A stretch of 64,000 nucleotides of DNA. It comes from Eledone cirrhosa. Taxonomy: Eukaryota. A program made the position numbers and the translations under genes. The stretch spans positions 80,662,001 through 80,726,000 of the forward strand of contig OZ024741.1 in assembly GCA_964016885.1 (NCBI GenBank), given 5' to 3'. Each line of letters begins with the position of its first letter. The stretch's first letter is position 1. Positions 51,108 through 63,533 of this stretch are shown piece after piece. The notes beneath the pieces are model-generated. The model was not told the DNA's origin. It did no database searches and saw only the letters and a program-made list of their open reading frames with translations.

Positions 51108-52753
51108 ATTATATTCTTTTAAATCAGGTCGATGCAATATATATTCAAGTGAGGAAAGATGTTAAGTTTAGATGAAGGGAAGAAAAATTATAATAGGGGT
51201 TGCCAAGCTGAAAACATGTTAAAGAGGGAGGAAGGTGACTACAAGAATGAGTAGCATTCATTAATGCCTGTAAGTGAGAATGTTTCTAGAGTAAAGATAA
51301 GGTGTTTTTCTCTGCACTTTCAGGTGTAGGGTGAGCCATGGTATAAGCTAGCAAAGAATAATGATTTCTGAAATACATGTATATCTCCCACCTAGCTTGA
51401 TACCAACTTTACTGTTTGTTTTGCTATTTTTGCATTCTTTGGGTGTTTTTCTGTCTATTGCACAATTTACAGTAGTCTTTACTTGCGTTCTTTTTACTCA
51501 ATCCAACCACAACGAAAATCTCTCATCATTTAATAATTTTAATAGAACTTTTCTTTTGTAGAAAGTGGTTTTCAGTTTTTTTCTTCTGAGGAGTGTCATT
51601 TTCGTCACGATCCGAATGATATTCTATATTCAGTTCCCACTCATGATAGGTTCAAAATGTTTCTCCAAAAAGCAAAGCAGTTCAGATATTGAAAGATGAC
51701 ACCACCAAAGCACACTGCATGCCATGACACAACTGTTTAAACTGAACTGATATAGTTGTCTTCTAAGAATTTGTCTTAATCTATGTTTACATATCCTTGC
51801 GTATTATCAGTGGAAATTATTCAAATAAAATGTCCACTGATCGATAGTGAGTGAATAGTGCATTATTATTACCTACCAGTATAATACAGAAGATGGTTAG
51901 CTACCGATTTGAAATAATATGTAGAAGGGTATTGATGTCAAGTGAGATCTGATGGGCAAATACATTTAATGGATAGCTCCTCGATGTAAAAGTCGTTATA
52001 GCTGATGAATGGTAAATCATTAAATGATGATTTTAGAAAATCAATGAATCCAAATTTGCAAAACAAGTACAATTTCTAAAACATACCAAAAAATTTGGTC
52101 TCGTACCAAATTTACAGAAAAGTCAAATTAAGAGCAAATAGTACCAAATTTGTATGAAACGAACCAACTTTGGCAGCACTGATTATCATCATCATTTAAC
52201 TTCCGTTCTCCCTGCTATATAAAATTTTTGATTTGGTTAAAAAAAACTTCTTTTTATAATATCTTGATGATATTATAAGTTTTACATATGTTACCAGAGG
52301 GCTTGATTTTGATATCTACTCCCCTGTTAATGGGTACTAAAAAATACTTAGAATATAATTTATCATTTAATAGTATTTTAAAAGATAAAGTAAACTGGAT
52401 TTGCCTAAGGTGTAATTTTTTCTCCATTTGATGCTGATTATATTTCACAGATATAACCTAATTATGATTTTTTTCAATCTTTATAATCTTTGTAGGGATT
52501 TTGTGGAAGGAAGGTAAAAGCAGTGAGAAGGATTATTAACTTCCTGTTTGATATGTCTGTATGTGGTGTAGTGGTGGTGGTGGTGGTGTGTGTGTGTGTA
52601 TCCCTTGCTAGTAGACGAAGCAGATGTTAAAACGACAATGATAGAGAGAGAAATCGAGGGAAGGAGAAAAAGATATTAATCTTCATTAATGTGTGCCATC
52701 ATATAGTGTAGAGTTTCTGTGTTAACAACTACATCCGCATCAATACTTCACTG

Positions 52754-52800
<47 letters not shown>

Positions 52801-55800
52801 CTTTCCATTCATCATCATCACCACCACCATCACCTTCTTCGTCATTATCTGTTTTGTCACGTTTCCATTGTTGTTTCTTTTAGTATTCTGAAATTCGCTT
52901 TCACTACTACTCAAACCTTCATCTTGGAACCCCTGGCACTTCACCTAACAGTCATCATCCAAACACATATGTCATTGCAGCATTGTTTTCTTTTTATACA
53001 CAACATCTGATTCCACTTATACCCAGTTTTTTCTCAATTCATTTGTCATTCATTACACATGCTGCAGAGCATGCTCAATTTATTTCTATGCTTGGAACTT
53101 CAGAACTTTGGGCATTACTTCTCCAAATACTTATCTTCCATATACAATATATGTCTGTACCAGTGCAGTCTTCTTTCTTGCACACACCATATAATTCCTC
53201 TTATCCCCAGTTTTTCTATTCATAAATGTAATATGAAATATTTTTCATTTGAAATCTTTCATTTTCTGCTAGAATTTGACATTTCTTTCTTCTAATGTTA
53301 GAGAAACAATTTTATATATAATTGTTATTTATCTTCACACTAAATTATTATCTTATATATCAACATTGTTTTTTAAATTTCTTAAAGAACAGCACAATTA
53401 TAGTCATCAACTTCATACTGACTAGAATTGTTTTCACAGTTACTTCTAACTGCTGTTTCACAGATATTCAAATAATATTTCCCAAAAATAAATAAATAAT
53501 TAAAAAAGAAATAAACAAGCCTTCTCAATTATCCCAAATCTAAGCAACTTCCTGTTGCTGAAATCCGTGCAGCAACTCCCAGTACAAGTTTCATATTTTG
53601 GATTTATTTTATTTTCAATCGTATACTCATAGGCTTCTTGATATCAATTTGCTTTTTAAGTGGCTGCTTGGAATATTTCTTAAGATTATCACTGACAGAA
53701 ATATAAACTATTACAATTCAAATTATTACAAATTTTTGGAATTTGACTATTTTTTGTGTGTAAAAAAATGACATTTATTTGAAAAGGTAAGCGGATTATC
53801 TTGTCTTGTCTTTTCAGTGACTGTATTTAATTTATTCTATAATATTCTTTTACTTTTACTGGTTCCAATCATTAGACTGTGACTATGCTGGTGTATTGCT
53901 TTAAAGGGATTTAGTTGGTCATATCGACCTTCAGGGCTGGTACTTATTTTATCGATCTCATCTTTTTTTGTCAAACAGCTAGGTTACTAGGACATAAACA
54001 TACACACACACACATATAATAATAAAAAATAATAATGAAATTATTGTGTACAGTGCTCAGGTGAACTACAACTCATGCATAGTACATAAGATAATGTCAG
54101 GAAAGTGAATAGTGTATGAGTCATGACATACACACAGATACATAAATACACACACACACACACTTATGACAGGCTTCTGTAGTTTTCATCTTAAAAAGAT
54201 TTAGTCAGTCATATTGACCCAAGTAGTAGTATTTATTTTATCAATCTCTTTTGGTTTTATTTTCGTTGTCTGGATCTGTGCTTCATAAACTAAACTAAAA
54301 CATACCAGTATATCTTTGGGTGGGCGGTAAACATACACACCAGTAGGTTTTAGGTCCTCAAAGAGTTAACTAACAATATCAGCAAATCACTATTGCCTAT
54401 TGATAGAGGGCAGACTTTAGAACTACTTTTTCATATTTCACATTATACTGAGTAACATTGGGTGTAATGAAAATATCATGTAAATAGGCAGAGTGTAATC
54501 AAAGACGATTTAGATATGCAAGAGTGGATTTCATATTTGTAGTCTAATGCAGATAATGCAGTATTAACAGCTACATGGAAGTTATCCAGAAAATATTATA
54601 TTTCATATCATAGTCATTATCATCATTGTCACCACCACTACCACACCACCATACCACCACCACACCACCATACCACTACCAAAACTACCATTATTTTACA
54701 TCTGGTTTTTATGCTGATATGAGTTGGACAGATTGTTACATTTCAAGTCAATTCTTCTTTGGAGTTAACTGCCCTCCTGGAATTGGGAGTGTGTGAGGGG
54801 AGGGGCATCTTGCTTGTTCATTGTTCATTCCAATTTTTGGCATAGTTTCTAATCTCAATAACATTGATTATGCAAGCTCCTCTCAGTGATCTCTGAAATA
54901 AAATTGCTTCAGTAAACTAGCTGGTCACTATTAAAAACAACAGATAACAGTCACAGACTAAACAATAATGGTCTCTGTACACAAACTCCTCTATAGAGTT
55001 TATCATAAACCAATTTGATACAAACCTGGTTATGATAGCCTCCTGGTTTTATGATTAAAAAAGCTGCTCATATTAAAATGTTTCAAACATCAGCTTTCTA
55101 ATGAAAATGTTTGCTATTTCATTAACTTCTTTAAATTTTCAAAATGAATTGATACACATAGGCAATGTATTTCATTAGAAATATGGCTATGAAAGGGTTA
55201 ATAGAACTAGTACATTATTAGTTATAGTACTAACACATAATGTGGGTTTTGTATGGAGGGATTAAGTATTGATTGGTTACTTCACCAAAATATAACTTAG
55301 ATATTTTTGTGGATTATGTGTATGTATGCATATGTGAGTGTATCTGTGTATATGTGTTTGTGTGTCTGGATTTACACTTACAACACACTTAAAAACCAAT
55401 TCTGTTTGTGTATGTTCTGTAACTGTCATCTATCTTATATATATAATATATATAAAATCATCATCATCATTTAAAAATCATTTTCCCTGCTTGTTTGATG
55501 GGTTGTCACAGATTGAGTCACTACTCAAGCAAAGCTACTGACTTCTCAGACAGACCAGGGGCCTCCATCTCACTTATGTTGCCTCAATCTATTCAGTGCA
55601 TTTTAGCATGGCATTGGCACTAGGGAGTTTGTTATATCTTTGATACATCTCAACAGTCCTTCCGACCCTTTGTTTGGTATGTTTTCTACAGCTGGGTGGT
55701 GGTGGTGGTATCTATTGAAAGCTACCACTGATCCCTAGGTCTATTGTGGCCAAAGGCGAGTGAGTGAGAAGTAATTGGCATATCTATCAGGGTAGGAGGC

Positions 55801-56242
55801 TACAATGTAACTGGCTTTACTGAGGTACATACTATAAACTGTCTTTACTAAGTATAGGGGTGGGGAAGAGGCAAAAAATGATATCTGTATCTGTTGGTTT
55901 ATTAACAAGAAAGGAACAATTGTATTTCACTATTTTGTAAAGTAACTAAGCTGTGTTAGTTTAGTTTACACAGTAACTAAGCTGAGTTAATTTAACTTAT
56001 TGGAGTTCACTATTTTCTAAGCTGAGTTAATTTAAGTTAATTTACAGGGGAGAAAGAGAGAAATAACTTACTTCAGTGGTGTTCCAGTTGGTTGGTATGC
56101 CTACAAGGGAAGAGTAAATAAATATTCATGGTGTTGAAATTATTTGCATAGTTTATACGTTAGGAGAGATGATGTTGTTGAGCATGCTGTAATATGTGTG
56201 TGTGTGTGTGTGTGTGTGTGTCTGTGTATATATATATATATA

Positions 56243-57136
56243 ACTGATTAGTTAGCACCCCAAACACTAAATTGGGAATATACTTAGGTATATCCTAATG
56301 TTTGTTGAGTGAGATGGTGTTGGTCAGAGTATTGCTTAAGGCTTTCTCTGTTAATGTATTAAATATATACTCTTGATAGCCAGATATGATTTCCAGATAT
56401 AAGGTACGACTCTCTTTATTATTATTATTTTTTATATGAAATACTGATTGATCTTCCTTGTATCCCATGTCTGATTTAGCCTTAGAGAATAACTATGTGT
56501 GTATATGGGTGATCCATACATGTCTTTATTATGTTTTAATATCTCTATGTGTGCATTGATTGTGTATACATATAGTTATTCTTTTAATATCCAATTGAGT
56601 TCTTAAACACGTGGTTAGAATACCTAACAGGTTTAAATGACCAGCGTGTATATTCTTTTATATTTTAAGATGACCTCCCCTTACCCCCTTGGGGGCAGCG
56701 TGTATTTTACCTTTGAGTGGACTGCTGGATTTTCGAATCTACCAGTCTCTTTTTAGCGCTGAAGGAGACCATCACTAATCTATTAATGTCGATGTAATTC
56801 TTATATCGATATTATTTGGGCGTCCACTGATGAGTTTATAAGAGCCCGCTTGTGTATAAAAGTATGGATTATATACAAGTTTCTACATAACCTGGAAATT
56901 ATTTATCCCAAATTGTAGAAATCTTATAACGAAACGGCCGTCTGGAAGGAAAGAGATATTTATTTAATTATGTCTCATATAAAATAATACAACCAGCTAT
57001 CCACGAAATACTGATTAGTTAGCACCCCAAACACTAAATTGGGAATATACTTAGGTATATCCTAATGTTTGTTGAGTGAGATGGAGTTGGTCAGAGTATC
57101 GCTTAAGGCTTTCTCTGTTAATGTATTAAATATATA
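56243..57136 (+). mobile_element. Retrozyme-/Penelope-pLTR-like non-coding element: 767-nt unit plus a 127-nt terminal direct repeat
   Basis: Direct repeats at 56243-56369 and 57010-57136 (2 mismatches); (TA)n on both flanks; internal hammerhead; no ORF in the track. Confidence 0.75.
56823..56946 (+). ncRNA. Type I hammerhead ribozyme with an expanded, branched stem II
   Basis: Stem I TCCA/TGGA; CTGATGA at 56827-56833; stem II GTTTATAAGA/TCTTATAAC (one bulged T) enclosing two hairpins; GAAA at 56931-56934; palindromic stem III ACGGCCGT; GUC cleavage triplet at 56940-56942. Confidence 0.8.
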
Positions 57137-57327
57137 TATATATATATATATATATCATATAAAAATGACTTCTACAGGATTAGAATTGTTTTATTTGTTT
57201 GAAATTGATGAACAGTTTTAGTTATGTGGAAGTCATTTCTATATGAAATAAATAAATCTTTATCTTCTCTACTAATGTATTGAATACCTTATTTAACCGT
57301 GGTTCCCTTCTGCTGGAGAACCATTCT

Positions 57328-57373
<46 letters not shown>

Positions 57374-57439
57374 AAGCGAGAGAGAGAGACTTAGACATAA
57401 AGATAACACCATTGGCAGAGAATGAGTAACAAAAATGAA

Positions 57440-57620
57440 CATGTACATTTTTGATCTCCCATCCCTTGTGTGCTAAAATTGTATTACTACATCTTTTATC
57501 TCCCACTCTTTGTGTGCCGAAGTTCTACTGGTATGTCTTTTATATCCCACCCTATGTGTGCTAAAAATGTACTGGTGCATCTTTTATTTACCATCTCTTG
57601 TGTGCCAAAGATGTACATTT
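57440..57620. repeat. Degenerate ~42-bp tandem repeat, ~4 copies
   Basis: CATCTTTTATCTCCCA..C.TTGTGTGC(T/C)AAA recurs. Confidence 0.6.
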
Positions 57621-58080
57621 TAGTTTATTTTGTAAATCAAAAAAGCCAAACAAAGTAAATAAAACAATTTTGAAAAAAAAAAATTTTCATATTTTACAAT
57701 GTTTTATAATAAAGCAAAAATTCTGTTGCAGAAAAATATGAAAAATGTCACTGGGGCTCAAAACTGATTGTTAATAGTGCATTTATGTTCTTGATTGTTA
57801 ACCCTTTCCTTTCCATATTTCTATCATTTTCAAATAATTTTGTAAATAATGGGATATAGTAATATAACTTACTTTCTCATTAAGTTGGTACTTAGAACAT
57901 AAGAATGGTTCTGACATAAAATCATGATGGAAGGATTTTTAGATAAATATAAACTCTTTAAAACATACAGTTTTGTATCATAGACCCAGTGGTGGTTTCA
58001 GGTGGTTTGGTACCAAAATGGTTAAATGTGAAAAAACAATCAATGAATATATGTTAATATATTTTTTCTTTTGTTTCTAG

Positions 58081-58188
58081 TCGGACAACAAGGTTCGAGC
58101 TGAGGGGCTTCATCAAACACAACACAAGAATGCTTCATCATCGAAGTTGCAACAGTGTGTTGATCATCCATTAGCAGATACTACAGAT
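58081..58188 (+). CDS. Internal coding exon of an unidentified host gene (SDNKVRAEGLHQTQHKNASSSKLQQCVDHPLADTTD)
   Basis: Strong polypyrimidine acceptor TTTTTTCTTTTGTTTCTAG and donor GAT|GTAAGT. Length is 108 bp = 36 codons, open in phase 0, and it is not repeated elsewhere in the window. Confidence 0.7.
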
Positions 58189-58229
58189 GTAAGTATTATT
58201 ATAATTCTATATATACATATACGCACATA

Positions 58230-58705
58230 ATAGCTAAAATTAGGATAGGATGAAAGTTTAGAGAGCTACTCCCACTGGTTACAACAAAAGGTTTCATCCT
58301 ATGTACAAAAGGATAATTGTATGTGAAGTGATGCCTGTGTGCGAAGTGTGATGCTGCATGGTAATGTGAACATGAGAGAAAGAAAGAGCTTGGACGAGCT
58401 GAGGGAGAAGCTGGGTTTAAGAGGAATCCGAGGTGGTGTGCAGGAGAGAAGACTGCATTGGTGATGTGCATGGACAATGACCACTGGGTGAAGAAGTGCC
58501 AAGAAATCCCAGTGAAAGGAAGCTGCAGTAGAGAAAGATCAAGGAAGACCTGTGCAGATGTAGTGAGAGTTGATCTCAATTCACTGAGACTCACAGAAGT
58601 GATGATGAAAGAATGTAGTGAGTGGAGAGATGCTGTGCTGAAGAGAACCTGTTCATCCCATGCAAACATGAAAAAATGAACATAAAAATGATGATGATGA
58701 TGCAT
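58230..58705 (+). mobile_element. Decayed RTE-type LINE 3' fragment
   Basis: Near-identical (inverted) to 29030-29350 over its 3' part, with a (GAT)n tail. Confidence 0.75.
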
Positions 58706-58769
58706 GTATATATATTAAGAAAAGGAAAAGACAGTTTCATGTATTCAACTTCAGTTTATTACTCTCTCT

Positions 58770-59720
58770 CTAAGTCATATCAAAGGAATTCATGACTGAA
58801 GGCCCATGGTAACTTCCATATGTTATTGACCCAGTACTTATAGGTGAATGTGGAAGAGCTTGAGAAAAAAATTCCTGAAGTGGAAACAAATTAGAATCAA
58901 AAGGACTGAGAGTAAACTTAGCAAAGACCAAAGTTTTAGTAAGTAGGGAAGAAGACAAGATTCTGATCTCATTGGGAAAGTGACCATGCTGTATATGTAG
59001 AAAAGAAGTAGGTAGGAACACTATATGATGTACTCAATGTAAGGTATGGGTACACAAGAGGTGTAGTGGGATTGTAGGCAGACTAACAGAAAATATAGTC
59101 TTTGTCTGTGGCAGATACACAGGTATAGTGTGTAGGAGGAGCAGTGAAATAAACATTTTCTAATATTAGGAAGGTACCATAGAAGTAGTTGATTGTTTCT
59201 GTTACTTAGGTGACTTAATTACCAGTGGAGGGGGTTGATGGAAAAAGGATTTTGAGTTATCTCTATTGAAAACAAAGAGATTTTCTCTACAGTAGATTGT
59301 ATGATGTCTGCATTAAAAGTGAGATGTTGCATAGCAGTAAATGCAGAGGATATGCAGAGATTGGAGAGAAATGAAGTAAACATGCTCTGCTGGATGAGCA
59401 ATGTTGGTGTGCATGAACAATGGAACATGGATGAACTGAGAGAAATGTTGGATATAAGAGGAATCAGATGTAATCTTCAAGAGAGAAGACTGCACTAGTT
59501 TGGTCATGTGATGCATATTGATAAGGAACGCTGGATGAAGAAGTTCTAGGAATTGCCAGTGGAAGAAAACTGCAGTAGGGGAGACCAAAAAAAAAACAAA
59601 AAAACTGATCACAAACTGAATCTCAAAGAGATGATGAAGGAATGCAGCAATTGAAAGGAGGTTGTGATGAGAGAGACTGGTCTGGCCCATGCAAGAAAAG
59701 CGAGTGTAAAATGATGATTA
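58770..59720 (+). mobile_element. Decayed RTE-type LINE fragment (RT end, Cys-rich insert, C-terminus)
   Basis: Translations LESKGLRVNLAKTKVLV; PCCICRKEVGRNTI*CTQCKVWVHKRCSG; EVVDCFCYLGD; MQRLERNEVNMLCWM...LQERRLH*FGHV. Confidence 0.8.
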
Positions 59721-59788
59721 TTATGGCTTTCCAAACTTATTATTCCAGTCATAATTTGATACGGATATAACTTAATTACTCATATATA

Positions 59789-59819
<31 letters not shown>

Positions 59820-60352
59820 CTTCTTCTTCTTCTTCTTCTTCTTCTTCTTCTTCTTCTTCTTCTTCTTCTTTTTCTATTTCCTTTTTTTTTTCTTCTTTTT
59901 CTTTTTTCTTTTTCTTCTTTTTCTTTTTCTTTTTCTTTTTCTTTTCCTTTTTCTTTTTCTTTTTTTTCTTCTTTTTTTTCTTTTTTTTCTTTTTCTTTCT
60001 TTTTTTTCTTTTTCTTTCTTTTTTTTATTTTCCTTTTCTTCTTTCTCTTTTTCTTTTTCTTTTTCTTTTCCATTTTCTTTTTCTTTTTCTTTTCTTCTTT
60101 TTCTTTTTTTCCTTTTTTCTTTTTTTTTCTTTTTCTTTTTCTTCTTTTTCTTCTTTTTCTTTTCTTCTTCGTCTTTTTCTTCGTCTTTTTCTTTTTTTCT
60201 TTTTCTTTTTTTCTTTTTCTTTTTTCTTTTCCTTCTTTTTTCTTTTTTTCTTTTTCTTTTCTTCTTTTTCTTTTCTTCTTCTTTTCCTCTTCTTTTCTTC
60301 TTTTTCTTTTTCTTCTTTTTCTTTTTCTTTTTCTTTTTTTTCTATTCCTTCT
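59789..60352. repeat. (CTT)n followed by a ~500-bp nearly pure polypyrimidine tract
   Basis: Directly visible. It accounts for the spurious Lys/Arg/Glu ORF at 59780-60073. Confidence 0.95.
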
Positions 60353-62118
60353 ATTGTGCTATTCTAAACTATTTATCATTATTCCTGCATTCAATATAGA
60401 TACTCAGACATTCTATTATATATTAGTTTTAAAATATTAATGACGGATCTTTTCAGCCAAATTTATTTATTATATTTCCAACTATTGTTATACTGAATCG
60501 GGTTGATTATTGGTTAGTTCTTGACCTATCCAAAATTGGTGAGAGAGAGAAACAGATAGACAGAGAAAGAGGGTAGAGTGTCATTGTTTTTATGGGTTGA
60601 CTGAACACTTGGGCTTATCTCCATGTTATGAAGTGACTGGAAAGATTACTTCAGACCAAACATTAATCTTTCCTCAGCTGTTACTGGCCTTATTTTCAAC
60701 TGAATAAGTCAGAGATGGAAGGGCAATACTTATGTCTCTTTTCAGAGTCTCCACTCCAAGATTGTTGGGAGGGAGGAAAAGGAAAGTTATTCTCAAACCT
60801 GAGACCTGGTCAGAATGCTTGCAATAGAGTGGACTTCAATAAGGACACCCAAGAGTCAGCAGGTCACAAATTAAGACTACCACCCAAATAGGCCACAGTA
60901 GGATTTGAACTCAGAATGCAAAGAGTTGAATGAAATACCACAAAGCTCTAACAATTTTACCAATCTACCATCCTGAACTGATACTTTATTTTATCGATCC
61001 TCCAAAGGATGAAAGCAAAGCTGATCTTAGTGAGATTTGAATTGACAGCACAGAGAACCAGAAAAAATACTGCAATGCATTTTGTCCTATGCTCTGACAA
61101 CTCTCCCTATTTGCTGCATGGTTTGATCAGAAGATTAGTTGTGATAAGAGGAGATGATGGTTTTATATGTTTCTAGATTTTGTGGTATTTGGAAGTAAAG
61201 TCATTATTACCTGACTCTAGGCACTTATCCAAAATGGCTGACTAACTACATGTGTTTTCCTCCTGAGAAAAAAATGAAAATTTTCCCATTTCTTTCCTTT
61301 CTATCTTACCATTTCTTCTTCTATCTCTCATTCTATCTTCTGATTAAGGACTAATGTCCTAAATGTTAAGACTCTTTTCCATCTATGTCAAGTTTTAAAC
61401 TAATATAAATCATCATTATACTGTATTGTTCTTCCCTGTTGACTTTTCACATACATCTATTTTCTATACTTGGTTGGATGAGATGAATATCACCTTTCTT
61501 GTGAAATGATTGCATGAAACAAAAAAACAAACAAACAAAAGCAATTCTTATTTCAACTCAACAAGCTTTAACTACAGTTAAATGAAGGCTTGGAAGGTAT
61601 TAAGTTATTGCTGAGATTGTGGAAAAAGCAATACCAGTCTTTGGTGACATAGCAGTGCTAATATGATGCCTGTATTTATTAGATATTAATTTCCTTGCTG
61701 TCATTCTTATCTTCTGCAGATGTTTTGCTGACTCTAGGTTAAATATGCTTTTCTTTATCATTCTTCATCCTTATTTTTTTCTTTTTTCTTTCTTTCTCTC
61801 TTCATTTGACCCTTTCATTCAGCCTTGGCAAAAAAAAAAAAAAGTATTAATTCTTAAATTAAGTAAAATGAATGGAAATATATCTATATTTAAATCTTTA
61901 AAAGCAAGTTCCAGTCATAAATTTTTGACTTGTATTAATAATTCATAGTTAGGATATTGGAAATCAATCATACTACAACTTTATCTATCTATGTCACATC
62001 TTCCATTAAGTCCAACAATAAATTTCAGATGAGTTCCATTAAACTTAATAGACAAATATTTGGTGAAAATATATAAGATTTCATGTATTCATGCATATTA
62101 TTATGATTACTGTAAGAA

Positions 62119-62290
62119 TTGGCAGTATCGGCAGAGGGTCGGACATGCTTTCTAGCATAGTTATGTCCCTTTATGATCTGATTTCAAATCCCGCCGAGGT
62201 TAACTTTGCCTTTCATCCATATGGGGTCGATAAAATAAAGTACCAGTAATGTACTGGGTAATTGCTGGCCTTGTGCCAAAAGTAGAAATA
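62119..62290 (+). mobile_element. tRNA-derived SINE with a 19-bp TSD
   Basis: TSD ATTATGATTACTGTAAGAA at 62100-62118 and 62291-62309. Confidence 0.88.
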
Positions 62291-63533
62291 ATTATGATTA
62301 CTGTAAGAAATATTCAACTTTCGCTATTATTTATGGAAAACAGAACTCAATATGGATGCAATGAGTCTGATTACTATAGAAACTTATGATTTAAAATTTT
62401 TTTTCCTTCCTTCTTCCTATAAATTTGTATTGTGTTTTGGGATGATTTAATCTAGAGCTGAGTGAATTACTGGAGTTATGGCTAAGTATACTATTCATTC
62501 AAAAGAAAAAATAAGAAAAAAATACAGCTTAATCAATAGATTTAATCAAGAGAGCTGTAGTGAAGTGCTATCATGCTATGTTTGTCATTAGGAATGAAAA
62601 CAGCTTGGAATAAAAGTTACTAAGGCAACACAATGTTTTAGAATTATATAATTGGTGAATGGTGAGGTTAATCACCTAATACAGGAATGTCTTCTGGGAA
62701 AAATAAATATTTATTGGCAGTTTTCCTATTTTTGTTCCCTAACAATGAGTTAGCTCCAGTGGTTCTAAGCATGCTTTATTTTACCATCTGCTAATTAATG
62801 TTACATAGAAATATATCATATTTATATAAATAAGTGTTTTAATACCAGCTGACATAAAATAATTGTTATATCCCCTCATGTTAATGTTAGCTTTCATCTA
62901 AAAGCTAATATTACAGGGTAAATCATGATATTGCTTCTTGTTAGTCGAAATTAAAAGCACTTATTTAAATAGACTTTTTTACATGATAGCTTGTTGGTGT
63001 TGTTTTACAAGGTGTTAGAGTTTGTGTCAGACAGACAGAGAGAGAGAGAGAGAGAGCTAGATCAAGGGAAGTGAGGACATAACGTGCTAAGACTACTTAA
63101 TTGATGTTTTCCAACATTTCCCCTGTGCCTTATCACTACCTGTTAATTAGCTGATCATGTTTATCCTGAGTAGTTTTTAATTTCAATTAATTTTCCTTAA
63201 AAGCAATAACAATAAGAAACAGCTAGATGAGAATTTAAATTATAATAATTGTACAGGCTTTTTGTCCGTCTGCCACACAAGTGTTGCAATCTGTCAAAAA
63301 CCTAAAATTATTTACAATTCATGAAACACAAATATTAAGACAAAAAAGCTGGGTGTATGCAAAATGTTCTGAATGTCCTAAAAATACTTTCATTCATACC
63401 AGAAATCAATGTTCTCTGTCAAAGGTGTTGTCTGTCTGTCTCTCCTCCCCCTCTCTCCATATCTTTATATTATAGATATAGATACGCACACAAGCATATA
63501 TCTATTACCTCTCTCTCTCTCTGTATATATATA

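Noticed and set aside
59780-60073. Lys/Arg/Glu-rich 97-aa ORF
   Set aside because: It is a translation of a simple polypurine repeat.
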